In this document: positions 30,510 through 40,907 of the stretch, piece after piece
How positions within the stretch are numbered: position 1 is the stretch's first letter
Layout of the letters: every line of letters begins with the position of its first letter
Source of the DNA: an uncultured Clostridia bacterium
GTDB lineage: Bacteria; Bacillota; Clostridia; TANB77; CAG-465
Assembly: GCA_944387385.1 (NCBI GenBank)
Contig: CALXES010000003.1
Span: forward strand, 93 to 64,092
DNA: 64,000 nucleotides
Reading direction: 5' to 3'
Made by a program: the position numbers and the translations under genes
The notes under the pieces: model-generated
The model's database searches: none
The model's input: the letters and a program-made list of their open reading frames with translations, nothing else
Told to the model about the DNA's origin: nothing

Positions 30510-31172
30510 CTATAACTCCTCTTTTTCAAATCTCTCTATTAATGACTTAAATAATGTAATCTTTTGAGGAAATGTATAACTATCTGTCTCATATATTAAG
30601 ATTCCTTCATTTTGATAGCTAATTAGAATCTTCTTTAAATCTTTTTGAATTTTATCTGTAACAACTATTATTTTTGTTATATCATTTTTAATAAAGTACT
30701 CAGCTGATGGTACATCTTGCTTATATATATCCCAACTATTATCAAAAATAGATTCGTTTGATCTATACCTATTTATTCTATAACTATCTAATAAAAATGC
30801 TGGATTTGCGTTATCATTTAAAAATATTGTTTTTAATTTTTCACCACCATTTATTAAACAACTTTCTATTAAATAAGTATCTGTTGTTGCTCTTGCTCCT
30901 TGTTGTTCATCAGTTCCATTAAAAACAGGAATAGGTCTATAGCCAATACGTGCCAAAGCTACTCCTAATTCTATACTTTCAATTCCAGGTAAGTCTATAA
31001 AAATTGCTGTATTTTTATCATACTCATTTATAAACATTACTTTTCTATCTTTCCAATTAGAAATTGGTTTTCTATTATATATATCAATTGCAACAAATGG
31101 TACTGGTCTTACCCAATCAATCCATTTTGCTCCGTAAGGTGCATATATCTTAAATATATCTCTTCCATTCAT
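30510..31172 (-). CDS. hypothetical protein in the ligase/HSS operon
   Basis: AGGAG RBS; motifs W..WVRPVPF, DLPG..S, G.RP.P.FNG, PAFLLDS.R, FDNSW. Confidence 0.75.
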   Translation of the reverse strand: MNGRDIFKIYAPYGAKWIDWVRPVPFVAIDIYNRKPISNWKDRKVMFINEYDKNTAIFIDLPGIESIELGVALARIGYRPIPVFNGTDEQQGARATTDTYLIESCLINGGEKLKTIFLNDNANPAFLLDSYRINRYRSNESIFDNSWDIYKQDVPSAEYFIKNDITKIIVVTDKIQKDLKKILISYQNEGILIYETDSYTFPQKITLFKSLIERFEKEEL

Positions 31173-31182
31173 TTTATTTCTC

Positions 31183-32388
31183 CTACTTTTCAATCAAAAC
31201 TGGAATATCTTCTGCATATGAATCAATTCTTGGATACAGACTCATTCTTGCATAATATCCGGCATGCTTTCCTTCTATTGTATAAGAACCTAAACAAATA
31301 TGATATTTATTTCCGTCGTTAGTTATTATTGCTTTACTTTTAAAGTCTTTTTGCAACAAATATTGTTGAGGATGTTTTTTAACATCCCTTAAAATCTTTT
31401 CATATTCATCTCCTTTACATGCTTCTTTAATTGAAATTCTCTCTCCAACTCTTCCATATACTGGCTTATATATGTATCCCTCTTTTAGTAAAAACTTTTT
31501 TACTTCAAAAGTTTCTGGCAATAATTTTTTCCATGTACTCATACTAATGCCTGCTTTTTCTAAATCATTCCACACAAATGGAAATCTTTTGCTTTGAGCA
31601 TAAATACTAATAGGATGGTTACAAGATTTTGTTACAGTGTTAAAATATCCATCCCATCTACGTGGTTTCATCTGTATAAGCCATTCTAAAGGCGTAAACC
31701 TAAATATTAAATCTATACTTATTTGATTATTATCTAATATACAGTAAGCTTTTTTATCCTTAAAATTAATGTGATCTGCTGCACCATATATTATTTTATA
31801 TCCTTCCCTTTTTAACCTATCACCCATGTATTGCATAACTTGTCTGTCATCACTAAAGCAAGTACAATGCACCATCATAATTGTTCCCTTTTTATTTAAT
31901 TTTTTATTTATCTCTTCAACCATCTTATCTCCAAAAGAAGTAAAATCTAATTGAGGTAAATTAATAACATTTCTTGCTAAATTTGGCAACAAAGAACTCT
32001 CAGCAAATCCACCTGGACAATCACTATTAACTTCAGTAACTACCCAGTTATTATCTATACTTAAATGGAAATCATATCTCATGAGTCTAATATTTTGTGT
32101 TTTATCATAATTTTGCATATTCGGTATTTGCTCTAAAATTTTTCTAGGAAGAGCTAACTTTTTTGCAATTTTTATATTTTTATTTAAATACTCTTCTGCA
32201 AGTCTTGTTTCTTTATCTAACTTTTCTGTTAGAGAAATTATTTCTTCATTTTCTTTTTCTGTTAAAACTAAAACATATTTAGATAAAGTATTATTATCAC
32301 AAAATTGAGGATCCCACTTATAGCAGTCAAACATAGCTTTAATTTTATAATCATAATATTTATCTTCAGGAATCTTAATTAATTTCAT
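31183..32388 (-). CDS. glutathionylspermidine synthase-like ATP-grasp ligase
   Basis: RYDF, TEVNSDCPGGFAES, QSK, KPVYGRVG, GSY.....AG...R; no N-terminal CHAP amidase domain. Confidence 0.85.
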   Translation of the reverse strand: MKLIKIPEDKYYDYKIKAMFDCYKWDPQFCDNNTLSKYVLVLTEKENEEIISLTEKLDKETRLAEEYLNKNIKIAKKLALPRKILEQIPNMQNYDKTQNIRLMRYDFHLSIDNNWVVTEVNSDCPGGFAESSLLPNLARNVINLPQLDFTSFGDKMVEEINKKLNKKGTIMMVHCTCFSDDRQVMQYMGDRLKREGYKIIYGAADHINFKDKKAYCILDNNQISIDLIFRFTPLEWLIQMKPRRWDGYFNTVTKSCNHPISIYAQSKRFPFVWNDLEKAGISMSTWKKLLPETFEVKKFLLKEGYIYKPVYGRVGERISIKEACKGDEYEKILRDVKKHPQQYLLQKDFKSKAIITNDGNKYHICLGSYTIEGKHAGYYARMSLYPRIDSYAEDIPVLIEK

Positions 32389-32603
32389 TATTTCTCACTT
32401 TCTCTAATTTTTTTATCTTCTTTACTTATATAAATTATTGTTAATATTATTCCAATCAAATTAATACCTACAGATAAGCCTAATAACACTCCACTTGTAA
32501 ATTCACTAAATGATCCTACCTCTTCACCTGTAAAAAATATATATGCTAAGTATAATATATTACCTAATATTATTAATGAAAGTCCAAACTTTAAATTTTT
32601 CAT
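32388..32603 (-). CDS. small two-TM membrane protein
   Basis: GGGAG RBS; stop overlaps the ligase start (TAATG). Confidence 0.7.
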   Translation of the reverse strand: MKNLKFGLSLIILGNILYLAYIFFTGEEVGSFSEFTSGVLLGLSVGINLIGIILTIIYISKEDKKIRESEK

Positions 32604-32696
32604 AAATATCTCTCCCATCCTTATATATAAATTTATTATATTATATCAATAAAAATTATATAAAAAAAGACATTGAATAAAAATTCAATGCTTTTA

Positions 32697-32773
32697 TGGT
32701 GCACCAGGAGGAATTCGAATCCCCGACCTCTCGGTTCGTAGCCGAGTGCTCTATCCAGCTAAGCTACTGGTGC
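32697..32773 (-). tRNA. tRNA-Arg(ACG)
   Basis: Reverse complement GCACCAGTAGCTTAG...CTCGG-CTACGAA-CCGAG...CTGGTGCACCA. Confidence 0.97.
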
Positions 32774-32815
32774 AATAACAATTAATATTATACACTAATA
32801 ATATGTAAAATTCAA

Positions 32816-33220
32816 CTATTTTCTTCTAAGCTTTTTAAAGAAGTCTTTTAAAATCTCTGAACATTCTTTATTTTCATAATAAGTTGTTATATTATCATCA
32901 TATGATTCTATTTTATCATCTTTAGCTCCATAATATACCATATTAATCCTTGATTGCTTTATAGCGCCTATACACATTTCACACGGATATAATGTAACAT
33001 ACATAGTACATCCCTCAAGTCTCCAATTAGCTAACTTCTTACATGCCCTATGTATACAAATTATTTCCGCATGAGATAATGCATCTTGCTTAGTTTCTCT
33101 TAAATTGTGTCCTCTTGCAATAATTTTACTATCCTTAACTATTACTGCTCCAACTGGCACTTCATTTTTTTCAAATGCTTTTTTTGCTTCTTTTAAAGCT
33201 TCCCTCATATACTTATCCAC
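32816..33220 (-). CDS. tadA: tRNA adenosine(34) deaminase
   Basis: EVPVGAV, HAE, PCEMC, NWRL; likely GTG start after GGTGA (ATG 33232 or 33238 are alternatives). Confidence 0.9.
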   Translation of the reverse strand: MDKYMREALKEAKKAFEKNEVPVGAVIVKDSKIIARGHNLRETKQDALSHAEIICIHRACKKLANWRLEGCTMYVTLYPCEMCIGAIKQSRINMVYYGAKDDKIESYDDNITTYYENKECSEILKDFFKKLRRK

Positions 33221-33311
33221 ATTATTCACCATATACATTATACTATAGCTAGGAAATAAAATAAAGAAAATACTCTTGAATTTAATCTCAAACATGATAT
33301 AATTATATTAT

Positions 33312-33387
33312 GCTTCTGTAGCTCAGTGGATAGAGCAGCGACCTCCTAAGTCGTTGGTCGGACGTTCGATTCGTCTCAGGAGCACCA
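33312..33387 (+). tRNA. tRNA-Arg(CCT)
   Basis: Anticodon arm GCGAC-CTCCTAA-GTCGT; GTTCGATT; CCA end. Confidence 0.96.
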
Positions 33388-33388
33388 T

Positions 33389-33423
33389 AAAAAAATCAAG
33401 CACAATTGTATGCTTGATTTTTT
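33389..33423. terminator. bidirectional intrinsic terminator
   Basis: AAAAAATCAAGCA...TGCTTGATTTTT. Confidence 0.8.
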
Positions 33424-33427
33424 ATTT

Positions 33428-33769
33428 TTATAAAGATAATAAAGAAATTATAAAACAAATAGCACCAATTACTGTACATATTGTAAAGAACAAAACACAA
33501 TTCTTAATTGTTGTAAGTAGCTCAATTGTCTTATATCCAATAAATTCTTGAATTTCATCTTTATTTAATTTACTTTGTGAACCATAATAATATTTATACT
33601 TTTGATTATCATAATCAAATTCATACTCCACATCTTCAGGTAAAATACCTTCAGGATGTTTTCCATCTAACATTTTATCATATTTTTTGGAAGTTTCTTC
33701 ATCACATTCTTTTTTTGAAAATGTATTGTATTTTATTCTTAACTCTTCTAATTCTTCTTTTGCATCCAT
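33428..33769 (-). CDS. hypothetical protein with C-terminal TM helix
   Basis: AAGGGGG RBS-like element, 113-aa ORF. Confidence 0.7.
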   Translation of the reverse strand: MDAKEELEELRIKYNTFSKKECDEETSKKYDKMLDGKHPEGILPEDVEYEFDYDNQKYKYYYGSQSKLNKDEIQEFIGYKTIELLTTIKNCVLFFTICTVIGAICFIISLLSL

Positions 33770-33839
33770 ATATTTTCCCCCCTTACATAAACTTTATAAA
33801 AAATCAATTATAACAATATAGTATTTGATTTTTTAATAT

Positions 33840-34052
33840 CTATTTTTTCTTCTTTATAATAACTCCTACTATAAAAATCAATAAACTTGGTACAATAAAT
33901 TCTACTGTTCTAACAATGATTGTAGTATAAAAAGGAAATGAAGTTTCATATGGATTATAATTTTTATAATCTAATAATAAAATAATTATATATACAATCA
34001 ATAAAATAATAGAAATTATATATAAAATTTTATATAAGTTTTCTTTTTTCAT
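33840..34052 (-). CDS. small two-TM membrane protein
   Basis: AAGGAG RBS; two hydrophobic helices; DY..Y...TSFPFY. Confidence 0.7.
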   Translation of the reverse strand: MKKENLYKILYIISIILLIVYIIILLLDYKNYNPYETSFPFYTTIIVRTVEFIVPSLLIFIVGVIIKKKK

Positions 34053-34054
34053 TC

Positions 34055-34921
34055 TTAATTCTCCTTATCATTTTTTACTTGTTCAATTTTATCTTCACAT
34101 TTTGTAATTAAAACATAAAAGATTAATATAAATATTGTTATTATTGCTATAAAAATACCATTATTTGGATTAATATCAAATTTAATTGCAATGTATATAA
34201 TTAATCCAATCAATAATAAAAAACAAGTATTTAAAAATATATACTTAATAATAGTACTATAATATATCTTTTTTTCTTCTTGTGTTAAATCTTTTACTTT
34301 TCTAGTAACATCATAAAACTTCTTATCTTTTATAATCTCATCGTAATTATCTTTATATATATTAGGCTCAATTTCTCTTCTATACCATTGTACATATAAA
34401 TACCAGTATTTTGAATATGTTTTTCTTCCTATAAAAGCGTGTAATAGCAATAAAATAATAGGAATAATAAACATTTGCAAAGCACCTGTAACCACTTTTT
34501 TTCCTTCATCTTGTCTATGCGCTATACTAACAACATTATTATTATCGTCTAAATATATAAATATAATTTCTCCTTTTTCAAATGTTGTATCAGATGTATA
34601 TTCATCTAAATCAAATTCATACTTATTACTACTATCAGTATACCAAAAAGTATCTTCGTATAAAGAAATATGTCCTGATACTTCTTTTGTTGCACCATTA
34701 GGAAAATCTTTAGAATTAGCTATATTATCTATATTTTTTAAGTTGTAAATACAAAGTGGTATCATAACTAAAAAGATAATTAATAAAGTAATTATAACAG
34801 ATAATATATACGCATTTTTAGCTTTTTTTCCTTCTTTTGAAGGATATTTTTTTATATATTTTAAAATTCTAGCTTGTTCTTCTAAATTAACACTCGTACT
34901 TAATGCTAAAGCTTTGTTCAT
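34055..34921 (-). CDS. hypothetical membrane protein
   Basis: GGAGG RBS; four TM segments flanking soluble regions. Confidence 0.75.
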   Translation of the reverse strand: MNKALALSTSVNLEEQARILKYIKKYPSKEGKKAKNAYILSVIITLLIIFLVMIPLCIYNLKNIDNIANSKDFPNGATKEVSGHISLYEDTFWYTDSSNKYEFDLDEYTSDTTFEKGEIIFIYLDDNNNVVSIAHRQDEGKKVVTGALQMFIIPIILLLLHAFIGRKTYSKYWYLYVQWYRREIEPNIYKDNYDEIIKDKKFYDVTRKVKDLTQEEKKIYYSTIIKYIFLNTCFLLLIGLIIYIAIKFDINPNNGIFIAIITIFILIFYVLITKCEDKIEQVKNDKEN

Positions 34922-35020
34922 ATAACACCTCCAACATATATTTTATTATACCAATTATTATTGTTTTATTCTATAATTTTGTATAAAAAAGACTGTTTGA
35001 AATACAAACAGTCCTTTAAT

Positions 35021-38000
35021 TTATTTTTTCATCTTCATTTTCTTATTACTAACAGTATATTTTTTTACTACTTCTCTTCTTTTTAAGTTGTCTTTGGCAA
35101 CTGTTATTAATAATTTTATTCTATTTATTTGGTTTGTCTGACTTGCTCCTGGATCATAATCTATAGGTGAAATATTGGCTTCAGGGAATTTTTTTCTTAT
35201 AGTCTTTATTACACCTTTACCAACGACATGATTTGGAAGACAAGCAAATGGTTGAACACATACAATGTTTGGAATATCATTTTCAATAAATTCTATCATT
35301 TCGGCAGTTAAGAACCAACCTTCTCCTGTCTGATTTCCAATAGATAAAATATCTTGAACTTTATCTTCTAAATGCCAAATATCACATGGAGGCAAATATC
35401 CTTTTTTAGATTTTTGAAGTGCAATTTTTGCATCTTTTTCAAATTCATCCATAAACTTTATTGCAACTTTGCTAATTTGTGCAATAAATTTATCCTTCTT
35501 TAAAAGTTTACTAGTTGTAACGGCATGTGTTCCCATATATTTAACAAATCCCATAAAATCTGGCATTACAACTTCTGCTCCCTCTTGCTCTAACACATCT
35601 ATAACGTAGTTATTTCCAAAAGGATGATATTTAATTAAAATCTCACCAACAACACCTACTCTAGGCTTCTTAATATTTCTATTTATTTGTATATTTTCAA
35701 AATCATCAACCATCTGATATATTCCAGCCTTAAAGTCTTTATTAGTACCATTTTTTATTATATCTTTAGCTTTATCTAGCCATTTATTATATACTTTTTC
35801 TGTTTCACCTTTTTTAACCTCATATGCTCTATTTTTAAGTAGCATCTTTTGAAGTAAATCTCCATATACTATTGCCTTTAAAAGCCTTACTGCAAGTGGT
35901 ATTGTTATTTTAAAGCCACTTGTCTTTTCCATCCCCTTAACATTAAATGAAATAATAGGAATGTTTGGATAGCCAGCATCCTTTAATGCTTTTCGTATAA
36001 ATCCTATATAATTTGTTGCTCTACAGCCTCCTCCTGTTTGTGACATTATTAGTGCTGTTTTATTTAAGTCATACTCTCCGCTTTCTAAAGCTTCAATCAT
36101 TTGACCTGTTGTTATTATTGAAGGATAGCAAGCATCATTATTTACATATTTTAAGCCTGTTTCAATTGTATGCTCTGTACACTCTCTTAATAACTTAACG
36201 TTATAACCTTCTGCTTCAAGAGCAGGTAAAAGAAGCTCAAAATGAATTGGTGCCATTTGTGGAACAAGAATTGTATAACCATTTTCTTTCATTTCTTTAG
36301 TAAATTTTACTTTATCTATTTCATATTCTCCAAGTTTTTCATCATAATTTGGTTTATTTTCTTTTCCTTGATTATTTTGCATCCTTTTATTCATACTTGC
36401 AAGTAGTGATCTTATACGAATTCTAACAGCTCCAAGATTATTTATTTCGTCTATTTTAATTAAAGTATACATATTATTATAGCTTGTTAGTATCTCTTCT
36501 ACTTCATCTGTTGTAACAGCATCTACACCACAACCAAACGAATTAAGTTGTATCATTTCTAAGAAATCATGTCTTCCGACAAATTCAGCTGCAGCATATA
36601 GCCTTGAATGATAAACCCACTGATCAACAACTCTAATAGGACGTCTAACCTCTGCTTTATCTGACACACTATCTTCAGACAAAACACAAAGTCCTAGGCT
36701 TGTAATTAATGTATCAATACCGTGATTTATCTCAGGATCAACATGATATGGACGCCCTGCAAGAACAATACCTCTTAAATTATTCTCTTTTATATAGTCT
36801 ATAATTTCTTGTCCTTTTTTATGAACATCATCTCTAAATTTTTGATATTCTTTTTCAGCCTCTTTAGCAGCTTTTAATACTTCACTTCTTTTAAAATTAT
36901 ATTCTTTAAACTCTGGCAGATCCATAACCGCTTCTGTAAGTGGTTTTGCTTCAAAAGGTAAAAAAGGATTTATATATTTTGCATCTTTTAGCTCTTCTAC
37001 ATTATTACGTATAACTTCTGAATATGAAGCAACAATAGGACAATTGTACTTGTTATCTGCCTCATCAAATTCTTTTCTTGAATATGATATGCAAGGGTAA
37101 AATATAGTTTTAATCCCTTTATCTATTAAACTCATAATATGTCCATGAGCAAGTTTTGCTGGATAACAAACAGACTCAGAAGGCATAGATTCCATACCTT
37201 TTTCATAAGTTTTCCTATTACTTTTTTCAGATATTATTACTCTAAATCCCAAATTAGTAAAAAATGTAAACCAGAAAGGATAATCTTCATACATATTTAA
37301 AACTCTAGGTATACCTATTGTTCCTCTTGGAGCTTTATCTTCATCAAGAGGCTTATATGAAAATAATCTCTCGTTTTTATATTTATACATATTTGGTAAA
37401 TCTTTTGTTGTATCAGTATTACCTTCACCTTTTTCGCATCTATTTCCTGATACAAACCTTTTACCATTTCCAAATTTACTAATTGTAAGTCTACAATTAT
37501 TTTCACATTTTCCACATCTAGCATGTGTTATTTTTATATCTAGATTGTCTATTTGTTCTGGTGTAAGCATAGTTGATTTATAATAATCATCTTCATTTGC
37601 AATAAATTGTTCTTTTGCAAGAAGTGCAACACCATAAGCTCCCATAAGTCCAGCGATATCTGGTCTTATAACGTTTCTACCAGTTACTTTTTCAAAGCTT
37701 CTTAAAACTGCATCATTATAGAATGTTCCACCTTGAACTACAATATTTTTTCCAAGTTTTCTCACATCACGTATCTTCATTACTTTTTGAATAGCATTTT
37801 TTACCACCGAATATGAAAGACCACTTGAAATATCTCCAACAGATGCTCCTTCTTTTTGTGCCTGTTTAATTCTAGAATTCATAAACACTGTACATCTTGA
37901 TCCTAAATCTACTGGTGCTTTTGAATGTATTGCCTCGTCAACAAACTCTTCAATACTAACACCTAAACTCTTAGCAAATGTTTCTATAAAAGAACCACAA

Positions 38001-39343
38001 CCAGATGAACATGCTTCATTTAGCATTATATTATCTATAGCTTCATTTTTTAGCCTAATATACTTCATATCTTGGCCACCAATATCAATAATGCTATTTA
38101 CTTTTGGCATAAATTCTTTTGCAGCAGTGTAATGAGCTATAGTCTCTATTTCACTTAAGTCAATATTAAGTGCTGCCTGAATAAGTTTTTCTCCATATCC
38201 TGTAACTCCTGCAAATCTTAATATTGCTCCTTCAGGAATATTTTTGTATAACTCTTTTATCATAGAAATAACGCTAGACAATGGATTACCATTATTGCTT
38301 CCATATAGTGAGTAAAGTAAAGCTCCATTCATATCAATCGCTACAAGCTTAGTTGTAGTAGAGCCAGCATCAATTCCAACAAAGATATCTCCTTTATATG
38401 TCTTTAAATCTCCTCTTTTTACTTTATCTTTATCATGTCTTTGTTTAAATTCGTTATAATCTTCTTCGCTTTCAAATAAAGGTGGCAAAGGCTTTGTTTC
38501 AACATATTTAGCATCCTTAAAGCTATCTAATTTCTTTACTAAGTCTCTATAATTAATTTCTTCTGTATCTAAAGATGCAAGAGCTGCTCCTTTTGCAACT
38601 AATAAATGAGCATCTTCTGGTACTATTATTTCATCGTCTTTTAATTTTAAAGTCTCAATAAATCTATTTCTAAGCTCAGGTAAATAATTTAAAGGTCCAC
38701 CAAGAAAAGCAACTTTTCCTTTAATTGGTCTACCGCATGCAAGACCACTTATTGTTTGATTTACAACAGCTTGAAATATTGAAGTAGCAATATCTTCTTT
38801 TCTCGCTCCCTCATTTATTAATGGTTGTACATCAGTTTTAGCAAACACACCACATCTTGAAGCAATAGGATATATCACTTCATGTCCTTTTGATAGTTCA
38901 TTTAATCCAGCTGTATCTGTATTAAGTAATGATGCCATTTGATCAAGGAATGCTCCTGTACCTCCAGCACAAGTTCCATTCATTCTTTGCTCTATAAACT
39001 TATCAAAATAAATAATCTTTGCATCTTCTCCTCCTAGCTCTATAACAACATCAGTTTGTGGTATATACTTTTCAACAGCTCTTTTACAAGAAATAACTTC
39101 TTGTATAAACTGCATACCGAGTATTTTAGAAATTTCTAGCGCTCCTGAACCGGTAAGAGCAATAGTATATGATGCATTAGGAAAATCCTTAACTAACTTC
39201 TTTAATACTTCATATATTGTATTCTTAGTATCTGAATGGTGCCTTGTATAATTTGTATATACTTCTTCTAATTTATCATTCATTACTACGATTTTTACAG
39301 TAGTTGAACCAACATCAAGCCCAACATGTAGTATCTTTTTCAT
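35021..39343 (-). CDS. CoA-substrate-specific enzyme activase fusion (two BcrAD/BadFG ATPase domains plus DUF2229/HgdB-like region)
   Basis: Two GxDxGSTT motifs, GGEDAK/GGQDMK, MN..CAGG/CSSG, CYPAK, SFGCG, QPFACLPNH. Confidence 0.9.
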   Translation of the reverse strand: MKKILHVGLDVGSTTVKIVVMNDKLEEVYTNYTRHHSDTKNTIYEVLKKLVKDFPNASYTIALTGSGALEISKILGMQFIQEVISCKRAVEKYIPQTDVVIELGGEDAKIIYFDKFIEQRMNGTCAGGTGAFLDQMASLLNTDTAGLNELSKGHEVIYPIASRCGVFAKTDVQPLINEGARKEDIATSIFQAVVNQTISGLACGRPIKGKVAFLGGPLNYLPELRNRFIETLKLKDDEIIVPEDAHLLVAKGAALASLDTEEINYRDLVKKLDSFKDAKYVETKPLPPLFESEEDYNEFKQRHDKDKVKRGDLKTYKGDIFVGIDAGSTTTKLVAIDMNGALLYSLYGSNNGNPLSSVISMIKELYKNIPEGAILRFAGVTGYGEKLIQAALNIDLSEIETIAHYTAAKEFMPKVNSIIDIGGQDMKYIRLKNEAIDNIMLNEACSSGCGSFIETFAKSLGVSIEEFVDEAIHSKAPVDLGSRCTVFMNSRIKQAQKEGASVGDISSGLSYSVVKNAIQKVMKIRDVRKLGKNIVVQGGTFYNDAVLRSFEKVTGRNVIRPDIAGLMGAYGVALLAKEQFIANEDDYYKSTMLTPEQIDNLDIKITHARCGKCENNCRLTISKFGNGKRFVSGNRCEKGEGNTDTTKDLPNMYKYKNERLFSYKPLDEDKAPRGTIGIPRVLNMYEDYPFWFTFFTNLGFRVIISEKSNRKTYEKGMESMPSESVCYPAKLAHGHIMSLIDKGIKTIFYPCISYSRKEFDEADNKYNCPIVASYSEVIRNNVEELKDAKYINPFLPFEAKPLTEAVMDLPEFKEYNFKRSEVLKAAKEAEKEYQKFRDDVHKKGQEIIDYIKENNLRGIVLAGRPYHVDPEINHGIDTLITSLGLCVLSEDSVSDKAEVRRPIRVVDQWVYHSRLYAAAEFVGRHDFLEMIQLNSFGCGVDAVTTDEVEEILTSYNNMYTLIKIDEINNLGAVRIRIRSLLASMNKRMQNNQGKENKPNYDEKLGEYEIDKVKFTKEMKENGYTILVPQMAPIHFELLLPALEAEGYNVKLLRECTEHTIETGLKYVNNDACYPSIITTGQMIEALESGEYDLNKTALIMSQTGGGCRATNYIGFIRKALKDAGYPNIPIISFNVKGMEKTSGFKITIPLAVRLLKAIVYGDLLQKMLLKNRAYEVKKGETEKVYNKWLDKAKDIIKNGTNKDFKAGIYQMVDDFENIQINRNIKKPRVGVVGEILIKYHPFGNNYVIDVLEQEGAEVVMPDFMGFVKYMGTHAVTTSKLLKKDKFIAQISKVAIKFMDEFEKDAKIALQKSKKGYLPPCDIWHLEDKVQDILSIGNQTGEGWFLTAEMIEFIENDIPNIVCVQPFACLPNHVVGKGVIKTIRKKFPEANISPIDYDPGASQTNQINRIKLLITVAKDNLKRREVVKKYTVSNKKMKMKK

Positions 39344-39372
39344 ATTGTATTCCACCCCATTTTTATCTATTT

Positions 39373-39379
39373 TTCGACA
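39373..39379 (-). promoter_or_regulatory. possible Spo0A box
   Basis: Exact TGTCGAA on the minus strand 30 nt upstream of the activase start; a single heptamer could be chance. Confidence 0.35.
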
Positions 39380-39525
39380 TATATATGATATCACAAAGTA
39401 ATAAAAAGTCAATAAACATAACTACAGCTATTGTCATAAAACATTGTATTCTCAAGCATTTTATGTTATAATTTTTTTGCAAAAAAAAAATGAATTTTTT
39501 AAATAATTTTAAAAGAGGTGATTTT

Positions 39526-40197
39526 ATGAATAGAAATGATAATATACTTAGATTTTATTTACTTGCAACATCACTAAAAAACAAAATTCGTCAAGGCTCT
39601 ATTTATTGGAATGTTTCATCTCCAAGAAGAGAGAGTATAGCAGAACACGTTTACGATACTTGTATGCTTGCAATAGCTATTCATTCAGAATATCAAATGA
39701 ATATTAACATAGCAAAAGTAATAATGATGCTAGTTATACATGAGCTTGAAGAAATAATAATTGGAGATATTACACCTTTTGATAAAACTAGTCCAATAGA
39801 AAAAGAAAAGCTAGGTAAAAAAGCTGTTGAAGAAATTGTATCTTGTCTAATATTAAAAGATGAATATATTTCTCTTACAAATGAATTTAATAGCCAAGAA
39901 ACAAAAGAAGCAAAATTTGCATATCTATGTGATAAACTTGACTTTGATTTACAGATGAAACTATATACAGATCAAGGTTATATAAAACTAGATGAGTCAA
40001 ATACATCACCAGTTTTTAAAAATGCTACTATTCAAAAAATGATAAAAAACGGCGCTAAAAGTCCAAATGAAATATTTTATGGTTATGATGTTAAAAAGTA
40101 TAATAACTATCCGGACTTTAGACAGCTATTAGACTATGCATATAGTCTGGATTTAGCAAAACTATTAGAAAAGTATTTAAAAGAGGAGTTTGATTAA
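39526..40197 (+). CDS. HD-domain phosphohydrolase (YfbR/HDDC2-like)
   Basis: R.G, ESIAEH, IHE.EE..IGDITP, DKLD (HD motif appears as HE). Confidence 0.8.
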   Translation: MNRNDNILRFYLLATSLKNKIRQGSIYWNVSSPRRESIAEHVYDTCMLAIAIHSEYQMNINIAKVIMMLVIHELEEIIIGDITPFDKTSPIEKEKLGKKAVEEIVSCLILKDEYISLTNEFNSQETKEAKFAYLCDKLDFDLQMKLYTDQGYIKLDESNTSPVFKNATIQKMIKNGAKSPNEIFYGYDVKKYNNYPDFRQLLDYAYSLDLAKLLEKYLKEEFD

Positions 40198-40297
40198 TTC
40201 AAGCTCTTTTTTATTGTCAAATACAAAAAATAATGATATAATTCATTAAACATCAATGATATTGTTTCCAAAATTAATATTTTTAGGAGGGATACGA

Positions 40298-40891
40298 ATG
40301 ATAAAAATTAAAATCTGGGGAAATATAACTGAAAAGACGTCAAGTCTTGTTGAAAATGCAGTCTCATCTATTATAGATGAAGAAGAACCTGTAATTTTAG
40401 TCATAAACTCTAGTGGTGGTATAATGAATGATGCAATAATAATATATAATTTATTAAGTGGATTACCAAATCCATTAATAACAGTAACAATGGGAAAGTG
40501 CTTTAGTGCTGCCACATTAATATTTAATTGTGGTAAAAAACGGTATATTACTAAACATTCAGAATATATGATACATCAACCATCTTTAATTCTATCTAAT
40601 GCGTATAACTTTTCTGAAATAAAAAAAGTCAAAAATCATTTAGCTTATACACTAAATATATTTAAAAAATATTATCTAAATAATAATATCAACATTCCAA
40701 AGAAAAAATTAGATTATGCTTTTAAATATGGTAATGATTTATATTTGAATTATAAAGAATGCTTAAAATATGATATTGCAACTAATGTATTTAAAAGCTG
40801 GAATGAATTATTAAAAAAAGAAAACATTGATACTACTAAAGAAAAGATATTACTATTTGAAGTTTCTGACAATTTAATTGAAGAAGAATAA
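40298..40891 (+). CDS. ClpP-like serine protease (divergent)
   Basis: INSSGG, CFSAA (Ser), MIHQP (His), NDLY (Asp); AGGAGG RBS. Confidence 0.75.
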   Translation: MIKIKIWGNITEKTSSLVENAVSSIIDEEEPVILVINSSGGIMNDAIIIYNLLSGLPNPLITVTMGKCFSAATLIFNCGKKRYITKHSEYMIHQPSLILSNAYNFSEIKKVKNHLAYTLNIFKKYYLNNNINIPKKKLDYAFKYGNDLYLNYKECLKYDIATNVFKSWNELLKKENIDTTKEKILLFEVSDNLIEEE

Positions 40892-40907
40892 AAATTCTTC
40901 TTTTTTT

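Noticed and set aside
33354-33551. ORF 33354-33551 (+) and the long N-terminal extension of tadA to 33295
   Set aside because: The first overlaps tRNA-Arg(CCT), its terminator and an antisense gene; the extension runs through promoter DNA with no RBS
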